IMG/VR virus record: IMGVR_UViG_3300042460_000724
Location: 46,306 to 110,305 of that record
Source: a virus
DNA: 64,000 bases
Reading direction: 5' to 3' (one strand)
Position 1 is the stretch's first letter. Every line of letters begins with the position of its first letter. The notes beneath the pieces were generated by a model that ran no database searches, was not told the DNA's origin, and saw nothing but the letters and a program-made list of their open reading frames with translations. Shown here one piece after another: positions 28,201 to 37,057 of the stretch. Both the position numbers and the translations under genes were made by a program.

Positions 28201-29890
28201 AATCATTACCATCAAAGTATCCACTACCATATGTACTATAGCTACTGTTTGGTACAAAGGGATCAAATGAACTTATTAATGTATTGCCTACAACTGTCAA
28301 AGTTTTTGGTGAAGAACTATTGTCAACAAAGGTATTTGATTGACAAGTCAATAATATTGTCCCACTGATCGCAGTCAATGGTGTGGTTGATGGTGTGAAC
28401 GCTGATGTGTAAACAGCAGTACCATTTACAATACGCAAATTAGAAATGTTGCCTAAATATTCTACACCTGTGCCGCTGTTATATAGTTCATAACCGATGT
28501 AAGAAGCAGTACCACCAATGCTTATTGCACTAGTAGATGTACCTTGAACTACACCATTTACATAACCGGTTATAGTACTACCCGAGCGCACAAATGCAAC
28601 ATGAGTCCATGAGTTAGCAACAACGCTTGTTCCTGTTCCAGTAAAAATTGCAGTATTACTTGCAAATAAATATAATTTTCCTGAAGTGTTTATTGCAAAG
28701 AGCCCGCCCGGACTGAATCTATCATCTCCCATGCATACAATTGGTCTTGTTGTTGCTAGGCTTCCAATATAAACCCATGCTTCTAATGTGAAATCACCAG
28801 TAAGACTAAAGTTTGAACCTGATAAAACAATTCTGTCTCCACTACCATCAAAGTAGTTGGAATAATAACCCGGTGTATATGGATTAAAACTATTTGGCTT
28901 AGTGTCACCATTAATAGTCACCGCAAAGTTATTTGTACTAGCATCATCTACAAATGTTGTACTTGCACCCGGTATCAATAATGTGTTGTACTCAAAGTAA
29001 GGATCATTCGCTACTGTAATACTCCAATTGATAGTTCTTACGGCACTACGATTTGTTGTTGCAGCCGTAGCTGTTAACAATGTACTACTATCGGCAATAA
29101 CAGTTGGTGTACCTGCTATATTAGAACCAGTTAAACTCAATCCAGTCGGCAATGCATTTGCACTATATGTAACATTATAACCAGCGGCATCAGTAGCACT
29201 TAATGTTACATTGGCTATAGCACTATCTACAGCACTTGTATATGTTGTATTATTTGCTGGACTAACCCAAGTAACAGCATCAACATTGATTGTTAAACTA
29301 AAACTTCTTGTACTATCTTGTAATTGTGCATCAGTTGCTTGTATCGTAAATGAATATGTTGTACTACTGCTATCAACAGGAGCTGTGCCAGTTATGACAC
29401 CGTTAGCATATAATGTAGAACCAGTCGGTAATGATCCAGAATATAATGAATACGTGATTGGTGCATCACCTGAAGCTATAACAGTATTTGATATACTTGT
29501 TGTTTCATAATAACTGCCTAATGTACCAGCACTTGTTGTCCATGTTGGTAATACACTATAGATAATACCGGGAATATATATTGCTGTACCACCGTCTGGG
29601 TTTACAACATAGATTGTATATGTGCCTGCACTTTTTGCAGGACTTGTAAAAGTTAAACGATTAGCACTACTAAATGTTACTACTGCTACTGCACTACCAT
29701 CAAATGTAATAGTTGCACCAGCTAAAAAGCCAGTACCATTAATCTGTACTGTTTGTCCGCCGGCTGGATCTAATGCTGTGTCATCTAACCCACCAACACT
29801 ATATCCAGAGATAGTTGGCGGTAAAGGTTTTTGTGCGTTAACAAAACTTACACTGGTTACGGTGTCATTGATAACTGAGGTTATACTCAT
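25244..29890 (-). CDS. IPT/TIG + Ig-like + six LamG/concanavalin-A-like domain protein, putative carbohydrate-binding head
   Basis: GGQTVQINGTGF...VVNPDGG (TIG), LPTGLSL (Ig-like), and six YFDGxxD...FTIExW...WxH.A..R...GY..xxR units. Confidence 0.85.
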   Translation of the reverse strand: MSITSVINDTVTSVSFVNAQKPLPPTISGYSVGGLDDTALDPAGGQTVQINGTGFLAGATITFDGSAVAVVTFSSANRLTFTSPAKSAGTYTIYVVNPDGGTAIYIPGIIYSVLPTWTTSAGTLGSYYETTSISNTVIASGDAPITYSLYSGSLPTGSTLYANGVITGTAPVDSSSTTYSFTIQATDAQLQDSTRSFSLTINVDAVTWVSPANNTTYTSAVDSAIANVTLSATDAAGYNVTYSANALPTGLSLTGSNIAGTPTVIADSSTLLTATAATTNRSAVRTINWSITVANDPYFEYNTLLIPGASTTFVDDASTNNFAVTINGDTKPNSFNPYTPGYYSNYFDGSGDRIVLSGSNFSLTGDFTLEAWVYIGSLATTRPIVCMGDDRFSPGGLFAINTSGKLYLFASNTAIFTGTGTSVVANSWTHVAFVRSGSTITGYVNGVVQGTSTSAISIGGTASYIGYELYNSGTGVEYLGNISNLRIVNGTAVYTSAFTPSTTPLTAISGTILLTCQSNTFVDNSSSPKTLTVVGNTLISSFDPFVPNSSYSTYGSGYFDGNDYLDVPINSAQFGTGAFTIDFWVYPTTLANTPAIIDFRSSVTAIFGQIYIAANGTVHFYLPVDIATTNTVTVNTWNHVAISRTAGTLKMFINGVSGYSSASTGTYNASAVYIGVSSSGSGGIVGYLSDMRFVIGTGVYTTDFTPPSAPLTAIANTSLLVLQNNQSVNNSVFLDNSTNNFLVTRAGNTTQGTFSPYGGNWSNYFDGASDYIRKAGAGVLTASGDVTIECWIYPLSSTVIGLFDGGPNEGDIMRNWPANRIGKVAGSDNPTFTVTANQWQHFACTFSSGNIKVFINGTLNASGTYAGGYSAGSNFDIGTINAGGDGSFNGYISNFRVTKSILYTTTFTPSTTPLTPITNTSLLTCQSNRIIDTSINNFTITKNGDVSVQRFSPFNPSSLTPTSYSGYFDGSGDYLTAPANAAYQFGTGDFTIEYWIYQTVSGSYRTVLDTRTSGTASPWACLINSSNQPYILITSDLTSSIAININAWNHVAIVRSGTNLSIYVNGVSGLSTTNSTNISPTGSLRIGLTVDAVYPIIGYLSNIRIVKGTAVYTGAFTPPTSPLTAIANTSLLTCQSPTFIDNSTNNFTITAFGNSQPTQQNPFGFTSATTNGYTVSTIGGSGYFDGTGDTLSVPANPAFQFTGNYTIEFWIYFTSVAGVQDLVANYVSSAAPDWTILIAPSFQYYPSSAASYVNGPTPVANRWYHVAAVRSGTTCSLYIDGVSVGTPLTFSGTLGDATRPVYIGSRGGSSGFTLGYMSDVRIVRGTAVYTSNFVPPSAPLTAVQNTSLLTNMTSAGIYDAAMMNNMETVGNAQLSTAISKFGGSSMYFDGTGDYLSLRSNPLYAFGTGDFTIEGWLYLTTNQNFGAMFISSTTGTGDALHIQISNANKVRVTNETTQLLLATNAISLTTWTHIAVVRSGTTLAIYQNGILNGSTTNSTSFIQNGAVVGYEMVGGNFYYTGYIDDLRITKGYARYTSNFTPPTSAFPIY

Positions 29891-30216
29891 GTTAATTCAG
29901 ACCCAAATAAACTAAAACTTACAGTTGTTGTATTAGCTCTTACTGTTATTACATCTGTTGTAGCCAATGTAATACCAATAGTCATTGTAATACTATCATT
30001 AGCATTTAAGTTACTATCGTATGAAATATATTGTGAAGCTCCAATTGATGCTCCGGCCGGTCTTACAGCAATACGAAATGTTGCGGCACTCGCTGCCTGA
30101 TTACAAATTACGATTGTACTACATACTGCTGAAGTAGTTGCTGGTACTGTGTACAAATCTGTGTTTGTATTTGCTGCCGGGTTACTTTGCCCTAAAACTT
30201 TATATGTGATTGCCAT
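29887..30216 (-). CDS. Small adaptor-like virion protein
   Basis: 109 aa, MAITYKVLGQ...DLYTVP...FSLFGSELT; ATGA overlap with the LamG gene. Confidence 0.7.
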   Translation of the reverse strand: MAITYKVLGQSNPAANTNTDLYTVPATTSAVCSTIVICNQAASAATFRIAVRPAGASIGASQYISYDSNLNANDSITMTIGITLATTDVITVRANTTTVSFSLFGSELT

Positions 30217-30225
30217 GTTATTTCC

Positions 30226-33200
30226 TTATGCTCCCATTAACAAGAATGGACTTAATAAATCTTGCGCTGTTATTCCACCACCACCGCCACCGTTACTAGA
30301 AGTAAATGTTGTTACTTCAATAGGTGCTGTATTTGCCGGTGCAGAACTAAACGTGATTATGTTACCTGTTAATGAATATACTGTTCTTGGCTGGAACAAA
30401 CCAGCAAGACTTACAAGTGTGCAATTTATGTTTGCCGGTGTAGTTGATAGGGTAAAACTTGTTTGTACCCCATTACCAGTAAAGTTATCTACACCGATAC
30501 TTGTACTTGATCCTATTACCCAATTTAGATTGCCGGCGCCATCGGTGCTTAATACATATGTATTTGAACCACCGGTTATGTGTAAATTACTTACATTTCC
30601 TAAACTTACATTAGCACCACTAAGTGCTACATTACCAGTAGTATTCAATGTACCGGCAACATTAACACCGGTACCGGTAATTACCATATTTGTATTACCA
30701 ACTGCAGTAAAATTGATATTGCCGTTTGCTGTTGGGATATTTACGTTACTGTTTCCATTACTAATACTACTTCCGCCGCCACCGCCCCCTGTTTGTGCTA
30801 CCCAAGAAAGATTACCTGAACCATCTGTACTTAATACATATGCATTTGTACCACCTGATATGTGTAGGTTACCTACTGCGCCTAACGTGACGTTAGCTGT
30901 AGTTGTAAAATCAACTATACCGGTTGCATTGCTTATTGTTAAGCCAGTTAAACTGCCAACTGATGTAATATTTGGTTGTGCATTTGTATATACAGTACCT
31001 GAGATTAATGCATTAGCTACTTGACCAGAGACATTTGCACCTGCTACGCTATTAGCAGTTGATGCAAATGTTGCTAAATTAGCTGTTCCGTAGAGAGTAC
31101 CAATAAAGAAATTAGCTGTTACTGCATTACCTAAGTTAGCATTACCAGATGTAATATTACCAGTAACTGCTAAACTTGTTAATGTACCAGTACTAGTAAT
31201 ATTTGGCTGTGCATTTGTATATACTGTGCCTGCTACTAATGCATTAGCTACTTGACCAGAGACATTACCGCCGGCTACACTGTTTGCAGTTGATGCAAAT
31301 GTTGCTAAATTAGCTGTTCCGTAGAGAGTACCTACAAAGAAATTAGCTGTTACTGCATTACCTAAGTTAGCATTACCAGATGTAATATTACCGCTAGCAG
31401 TAAATGTATTAGCTGAAACAACATTTACATTGCTGATGTTACCACCACTACCCGTAGTTGATAAATTAGCTACTGTAGTATTACCACTTACATTTAATGT
31501 ACCGGCAATATTTGCACCTGTGCCAGTTACAACTAATATATTGGCATTACCGGCTACGCTTGTGTTGACGTTTCCGTTTGCAGTTACCGTTACATTACTA
31601 TTCCCATTTACAATTGTATTACCTGCACTTACAATAATACCTGTTAATAAACTACCGTTACCACTAAAGAAATTAGCTGTTGCTAAGTTACCTAAGTTAG
31701 CATTACCGGCTGTTATGTTACCAGTTACTGCTAAACTTGTTAACGTACCAGTACTAGTAATATTTGGTTGTGCATTTGTATATACAGTACCTGAGATTAA
31801 TGCATTAGCTACTTGCCCAGAGACATTTGCACCCTGAATATTACTTAAATTATTTCCTGATCCAATAAAGAAATTAGCTGTAACAGCATTTCCTAAATTG
31901 GCGTTACCTGCAGTTATGTTGCCGGACGCAATGAATGTGTTTGCTGAGATGACATTAACATTAGATACATTACCACCCGAACCACTTGTGATTAAGTTCC
32001 CGACTGTTGTATTACCTGTTACATTTAATGTACCGGCTACATTAACGCCTGTGCCAGTTACAACTAATATGTTTGCATTACCGATTGCACTAAAGTTTAT
32101 ATTACCATTAGCACTTGGTATACTAATATTACTATTACCATTTGCTACACCAGAAGATGTAATTCCAGTTAAATAGATACCATTACCTGTAAAGAAATTA
32201 GCTGTGACTGTGTTGCCTAAATTAGCATTGCCAGATGTAATATTACCCGTAACTGATAAACTTGTTAACGTACCAGTACTAGTAATATTTGGTTGTGCAT
32301 TAGTTGTTACTGTGCCGGCGGTAGTTGCTGTTATTGTTCCTGTTATATTTGCGGCAGCTACACTATTTGCTGTTGTAGCATAAGATACTGCTCCGGTTAC
32401 ATTAGCTCCGGCTATGGCATTTAATCCAGATCCATTACCAGTAAATACACCGGTATTAGCAGTGACGTTTGCGGCAGTTATATTACCATTTACTGATAAA
32501 CCTGTTAATGTTCCTAAACTTGTGATTTGTGTTTGACTAGCATTGACACTAAATGTAGTACCGGTTAATGTTAGACCAGTACCTGCTTGATATGTACCAG
32601 CACCGGAAAACTGAGTGAATTCAATATTATTGCCAGGAGTACCAATTGCACTAATTGTGCTTGTTTGTACCCAACCGGTATTGTCATATAGTGTACCACC
32701 TATACAGAATACAAAATCACCGGCTTCTACTTCCGGTACACTGTTGTAATCAGCGGCACGTGTAATAGCAGTAACATTACTCCAAGTATAGATACCATTA
32801 AAAACTGCATTAGCTTCATTTTTTACTAAAATACGAGTACCACTAGTTTGTACATTTACTCCATCTATTAAGTTGAAAATACCAGTGGTAGTTAAAGTTG
32901 CACCTACACCACTAGAGCCGTTATTGTATGTTATCGTTCCACCAGTAATAGTTGCTAATGTATCTGGTGTTGCGGCTGCTACTGAATCGTGTACGTTTAG
33001 TCCTTGGGCAACGTCATCAACATATTGTTTTGTTGCGGCATCAGTACTTGCAACCGGTGTCGCAAGATTTGTAATATTGAAGCTGTTCATATTGACGTTT
33101 GCGCCAAATGAACCTGATCCTGATACTGTTATACTAGTTAAAGTACCGGTACTTGTTATATTTGGCTGTGAGGCTGTCGTTAACGAACCACTTAATGTTG

Positions 33201-34431
33201 TTGCAGTAACACCGGTTACACCTAAATTACCTAGATTAGCGTTACCAGTAACATTTAATGTACCGGCAACATTAACACCGGTACCGGTAATTACCATATT
33301 TGTATTACCAACAGCAGTAAAATTAATATTACCATTAGAGCTTGGTATATTTATATTACTATTGCCGTTTGATAATCCAGCAGTTGTTATTCCTGTTAAA
33401 TATACACCATTACCGGTAAAAAAGTTAGCTGATACATTATTACCCAAGTTAGCATTACCCGCAGTGATATTACCACTAGCAATAAATGTATTAGCTGAGA
33501 TAACATTAGCATTGCCAATATTACCGCCTGAACCAGATGTAACAATATTGCCAACTGTAGCATTACCTGTTACTGTTAAACTACTTAATGTGCCGACTGA
33601 TGTAATATTTGGCTGTGCATTTGTATATACTGTCCCGGATATTAATGCATTACCTACTTGACCAGAAACATTAGCACCAGCGACTGCATTTGCAGTAGTT
33701 GCATATGTTGCTAGATTAGCTGTTCCGTAGAAATTACCAATGAAGTAGTTAGCGGTTACTGCATTGCCAAGATTAGCATTGCTAGCTGTAATATTACCAC
33801 TAGCAGTAAATGTATTAGCGGAAACAACATTTACATTACTGATGTTACCACCACTACCTGTAGTTGATAAATTAGCTACAGTGGTATTACCACTTACATT
33901 TAATGTGCCGGCTACGTTAACACCTGTACCAGTTACGACTACAATATTAGAATTACCCACAGCACTCATTGTAATATTGCCATTTGCAGTAGCAATACTT
34001 ACATTACTATTGCCATTGCTAATATTACTTGTAGAACCTGAACTTACGGTAGACCAACTTAATATACCTGCACCATCGGTTTGTAGATATTGACCATTAG
34101 ATCCACCTGTAATATGTACATTTGCAACTGGGCCTAATGCTACATTACTTGCCCCGGTTAAATCAGCAGTACCAGTTGAAGTCAAACCAGTTAGAGTACC
34201 TACACTTGTAATATTTGGTTGTGCATTTGTATATACAGTACCTGAAATTAGAGCATTAGCTACTTGGCCAGATACGTTACTACCCTGAATATTACTTAAA
34301 TTATTACCTGAACCAATAAAGAAATTTGCAGTTGCCGCGTTACCCAAATTAGCATTATCTGTGAAAATATTGGCAAAGGTGTAGTTAGCGGTTGCATCTA
34401 AATTAAACGGTTGTAACTTTGTAATTGCCAT
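30226..34431 (-). CDS. Fibre 'stalk' protein
   Basis: 1401 aa with GTVYTNAQPNITS repeats, a DAATKQYVD domain, an FTGNG domain and a Gly linker plus hydrophobic tail (SPFLLMGA). Confidence 0.8.
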   Translation of the reverse strand: MAITKLQPFNLDATANYTFANIFTDNANLGNAATANFFIGSGNNLSNIQGSNVSGQVANALISGTVYTNAQPNITSVGTLTGLTSTGTADLTGASNVALGPVANVHITGGSNGQYLQTDGAGILSWSTVSSGSTSNISNGNSNVSIATANGNITMSAVGNSNIVVVTGTGVNVAGTLNVSGNTTVANLSTTGSGGNISNVNVVSANTFTASGNITASNANLGNAVTANYFIGNFYGTANLATYATTANAVAGANVSGQVGNALISGTVYTNAQPNITSVGTLSSLTVTGNATVGNIVTSGSGGNIGNANVISANTFIASGNITAGNANLGNNVSANFFTGNGVYLTGITTAGLSNGNSNINIPSSNGNINFTAVGNTNMVITGTGVNVAGTLNVTGNANLGNLGVTGVTATTLSGSLTTASQPNITSTGTLTSITVSGSGSFGANVNMNSFNITNLATPVASTDAATKQYVDDVAQGLNVHDSVAAATPDTLATITGGTITYNNGSSGVGATLTTTGIFNLIDGVNVQTSGTRILVKNEANAVFNGIYTWSNVTAITRAADYNSVPEVEAGDFVFCIGGTLYDNTGWVQTSTISAIGTPGNNIEFTQFSGAGTYQAGTGLTLTGTTFSVNASQTQITSLGTLTGLSVNGNITAANVTANTGVFTGNGSGLNAIAGANVTGAVSYATTANSVAAANITGTITATTAGTVTTNAQPNITSTGTLTSLSVTGNITSGNANLGNTVTANFFTGNGIYLTGITSSGVANGNSNISIPSANGNINFSAIGNANILVVTGTGVNVAGTLNVTGNTTVGNLITSGSGGNVSNVNVISANTFIASGNITAGNANLGNAVTANFFIGSGNNLSNIQGANVSGQVANALISGTVYTNAQPNITSTGTLTSLAVTGNITAGNANLGNLATANFFSGNGSLLTGIIVSAGNTIVNGNSNVTVTANGNVNTSVAGNANILVVTGTGANIAGTLNVSGNTTVANLSTTGSGGNISNVNVVSANTFTASGNITSGNANLGNAVTANFFVGTLYGTANLATFASTANSVAGGNVSGQVANALVAGTVYTNAQPNITSTGTLTSLAVTGNITSGNANLGNAVTANFFIGTLYGTANLATFASTANSVAGANVSGQVANALISGTVYTNAQPNITSVGSLTGLTISNATGIVDFTTTANVTLGAVGNLHISGGTNAYVLSTDGSGNLSWVAQTGGGGGGSSISNGNSNVNIPTANGNINFTAVGNTNMVITGTGVNVAGTLNTTGNVALSGANVSLGNVSNLHITGGSNTYVLSTDGAGNLNWVIGSSTSIGVDNFTGNGVQTSFTLSTTPANINCTLVSLAGLFQPRTVYSLTGNIITFSSAPANTAPIEVTTFTSSNGGGGGGITAQDLLSPFLLMGA

Positions 34432-34462
34432 GTAGTAAATCTCTTAATATAATCTATCTATG

Positions 34463-34470
34463 TATTTAAT
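34463..34470 (-). promoter_or_regulatory. Late-promoter-like element
   Basis: ATTAAATA, intergenic, upstream of ATG 34431. Confidence 0.45.
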
Positions 34471-34489
34471 CCAATTTAATCTATAAAGT

Positions 34490-34843
34490 TTATGCTGTTA
34501 TTTCAATCCAAGCAGTAGTATCTTCATCCCAACTATAGATTTTATCATCAGTTGGCATTGGTGTAGGCGCTTCATACAAACAACTAGTTTCATTTAATAC
34601 CCAACTGTTAAAGGGTTTAGGTGGTATAAATGCATCTCTAGTACTATCATATGTATAGCCTATACCTGCATAATTTTTACGTAATGGTGTACCACCTAAT
34701 AAGTGTACACCACCCGATGTGTTATAGCTTGTTTGAATCCAGCTATTTGGATCACCGAATAGACCAGTATCTACTACATCTTGTTCTATTACGATTACCT
34801 GTGTTACGATGTTATTTTCATCTATTTGTGCAAAATGACTCAT
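34490..34843 (-). CDS. Phage hypothetical protein adjacent to glycine-rich domain genes
   Basis: MSHFAQIDENNIV...RKNYAGIGYTYD...DAFIPPKP; AAGGA SD. Confidence 0.7.
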   Translation of the reverse strand: MSHFAQIDENNIVTQVIVIEQDVVDTGLFGDPNSWIQTSYNTSGGVHLLGGTPLRKNYAGIGYTYDSTRDAFIPPKPFNSWVLNETSCLYEAPTPMPTDDKIYSWDEDTTAWIEITA

Positions 34844-34860
34844 TGTTTATTTTCCTTTAA

Positions 34861-35763
34861 TTAAAATGTTATTGAACCTGAACTGGTCCATTGATATACT
34901 CTATATCCACCTGCAGTTGTTATTGTTGGGCTACCAGTTGTTGTTGTTGCGGCTGCAAATGTGTCTGCATAGCGAATGATTACGATGCCGGAACCACCAG
35001 CTGATCCGTTAGCCGATGATCTACCATTACCTCCACCGCCACCACCGGTATTTGCAGTGCCGGCTGTAGTGCCACCGTTCTCTCCTCCACCGGTTCCACC
35101 TCCACCGGTTCCACCTGCTGCACCAATATTGTTTCCGCTACCTCCACCACCACCTGCATAGTAAGTACTTGTACCACTAATTGAACTAGCTAAACCAATA
35201 CCACCGGCTCCACCATTAACACTAGTAGGTGCGGCTGTACCTACAGCACCTGCACCGCCACCACCTCCTCCGGCGTCTGCACCATTAGCTAACCAACCAT
35301 TACCGCCGTTATTACCTTGACTAGGGCTTGTTGAAGGTGTGTTACCTAAACCACCTGTTGCGCCTGAATTTCTTTGTGCGCCACCGCCACCAGAACCACC
35401 ATTACCACCAGGACTTCCGTATTCAGTGCTACTATTTGCAGAAGAACCATAACCTCCACCTGCTGAGGTAATAGATGAAAACACAGAAGGGTTTCCGTTG
35501 TTTCCACCAGCAGAATATGTAGATGTAGAACCTGCGCCACCTGCACCCACTGTTACAGTTATTGCGGAACCTGAAGAAACAGCAAAATCAACAGCAGTTC
35601 TATAACCACCGGCACCTCCGCCACCTCCGCCACCGCCTCCCTTACCGCCGCCGCCGCCGCCAGCAACTACTAGATATTCAACAGTAGGTGTAATTGACGG
35701 GCCATCACTACCAAGTATATTCCATCCACCTGTTATTGTTACGCCTGAAAAAGTTATTGCCAT
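34861..35763 (-). CDS. Glycine-rich domain protein (polyglycine-II type), putative adhesin
   Basis: VEYLVVAGGGGGG, GGAGGYR, ITVTVGAGG, YYAGGGGG and GSGIVIIRY motifs. Confidence 0.8.
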   Translation of the reverse strand: MAITFSGVTITGGWNILGSDGPSITPTVEYLVVAGGGGGGKGGGGGGGGGAGGYRTAVDFAVSSGSAITVTVGAGGAGSTSTYSAGGNNGNPSVFSSITSAGGGYGSSANSSTEYGSPGGNGGSGGGGAQRNSGATGGLGNTPSTSPSQGNNGGNGWLANGADAGGGGGGAGAVGTAAPTSVNGGAGGIGLASSISGTSTYYAGGGGGSGNNIGAAGGTGGGGTGGGENGGTTAGTANTGGGGGGNGRSSANGSAGGSGIVIIRYADTFAAATTTTGSPTITTAGGYRVYQWTSSGSITF

Positions 35764-35771
35764 TTTATACC

Positions 35772-36683
35772 TTAAAACGTTATCGACCCACTACTAGTCC
35801 ATTTATACACTCTATATCCACCTGATACAGTTATTGTTGGGCTACCGGTTGTACTTACGGCGGGGTCAAATGTATCTGCATAACGAATAATTACAATACC
35901 GGAGCCACCTCCGCCCCCATCTACTGTACTACCACCTCCGCCACCACCGCCGCCGGTATTTGGTGTACCTGCAACGGCTGATGCTCCTTGATAAGTGCCG
36001 CCGGCGCCACCGCCACCATTTCCGCCTGAGGATACGACCCCGTCTTTACCACCGCCGCCACCACCTGCATAGTATGTTGATGTTCCTGAAATACTTGATG
36101 CTAAACCTACGGCGCCAGGGGATGCAACTTGTGAACCCGCTGTAGTGCCGGCGGCTCCGGCGCCGCCACCGGATGATCCATAAGTAGTACCACCGCTACC
36201 ACCACCATTATTACCTTGTCCTGCTGTACCTGTACCACCTGAATAACCTGCATAAGAAGATCCGCCACCACTTCCGCCGTTATTACCATTACTACTAGCA
36301 CTTCTGGATGCTCCCCCGCCTCCACCGACTGAAGTTATTGTCCCGAAAACAGAATTAGAACCATTGCCGGAATTAACCGAAATACTTCCAGATGATGTTC
36401 CACCTGCACCCACTGTTACAGTAATAGGCGAACCAGAAGTAACTGAAAGACCGGTAGCTGTTCTATAACCACCTGCGCCACCGCCACCGCCATAGTAGCC
36501 GTAGCCGCCGGCGCCGCCACCTGCAACTACTAGATATTCTACCGCCGAGGTTTTAGAAGTAGGCCAATTACCAGATTGCGTAGCTTGCATCTGTTGACTT
36601 GTATTAAAAAATCCAGATGCTGAGATAGCATTAGTAACAACTTGGGTAGCAGATATTACACCACCATAATATCTTTTAACCAT
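35772..36683 (-). CDS. Glycine-rich domain protein, paralog of 34861-35763
   Basis: Same motif series and a near-identical C-terminus (GGYRVYxWTSSGSITF); different N-terminus. Confidence 0.8.
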   Translation of the reverse strand: MVKRYYGGVISATQVVTNAISASGFFNTSQQMQATQSGNWPTSKTSAVEYLVVAGGGAGGYGYYGGGGGAGGYRTATGLSVTSGSPITVTVGAGGTSSGSISVNSGNGSNSVFGTITSVGGGGGASRSASSNGNNGGSGGGSSYAGYSGGTGTAGQGNNGGGSGGTTYGSSGGGAGAAGTTAGSQVASPGAVGLASSISGTSTYYAGGGGGGKDGVVSSGGNGGGGAGGTYQGASAVAGTPNTGGGGGGGGSTVDGGGGGSGIVIIRYADTFDPAVSTTGSPTITVSGGYRVYKWTSSGSITF

Positions 36684-36684
36684 T

Positions 36685-37056
36685 TTAGCTTATATCCTCA
36701 TAACTGCAAGTAACACATAATGTATTAGCTGTACCAGCTGTGGCTCCTAAACTACTGTTTTCTTCTAAGTAATATTGACTTGTTTTGTCAATTACGTTTA
36801 ATGTACTATTACCAGGAACATTTACATTACCAACTAATTGAAATAGTGTTCCACCAACGTTGGCAGCATTATAATAACCTATTGTTACGTTTGCGGTTGA
36901 GCTACCATAGTTTGCTACGTTTAATACATTTACTTTTAAGCATTTACCACTACCACTAGCATTGTTTAATACTGTGGTTGCACTCGTACTTGTTAGGTTT
37001 GCACCCGTTGTTTTACCATTGATTGTTGTTGCACTGATTATGTTTGGTGCTGCCAT
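36685..37056 (-). CDS. Small adaptor-like virion protein
   Basis: 123 aa, MAAPNI...YYLEEN...CSYEDIS; tightly packed with its neighbours. Confidence 0.7.
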   Translation of the reverse strand: MAAPNIISATTINGKTTGANLTSTSATTVLNNASGSGKCLKVNVLNVANYGSSTANVTIGYYNAANVGGTLFQLVGNVNVPGNSTLNVIDKTSQYYLEENSSLGATAGTANTLCVTCSYEDIS

Positions 37057-37057
37057 G

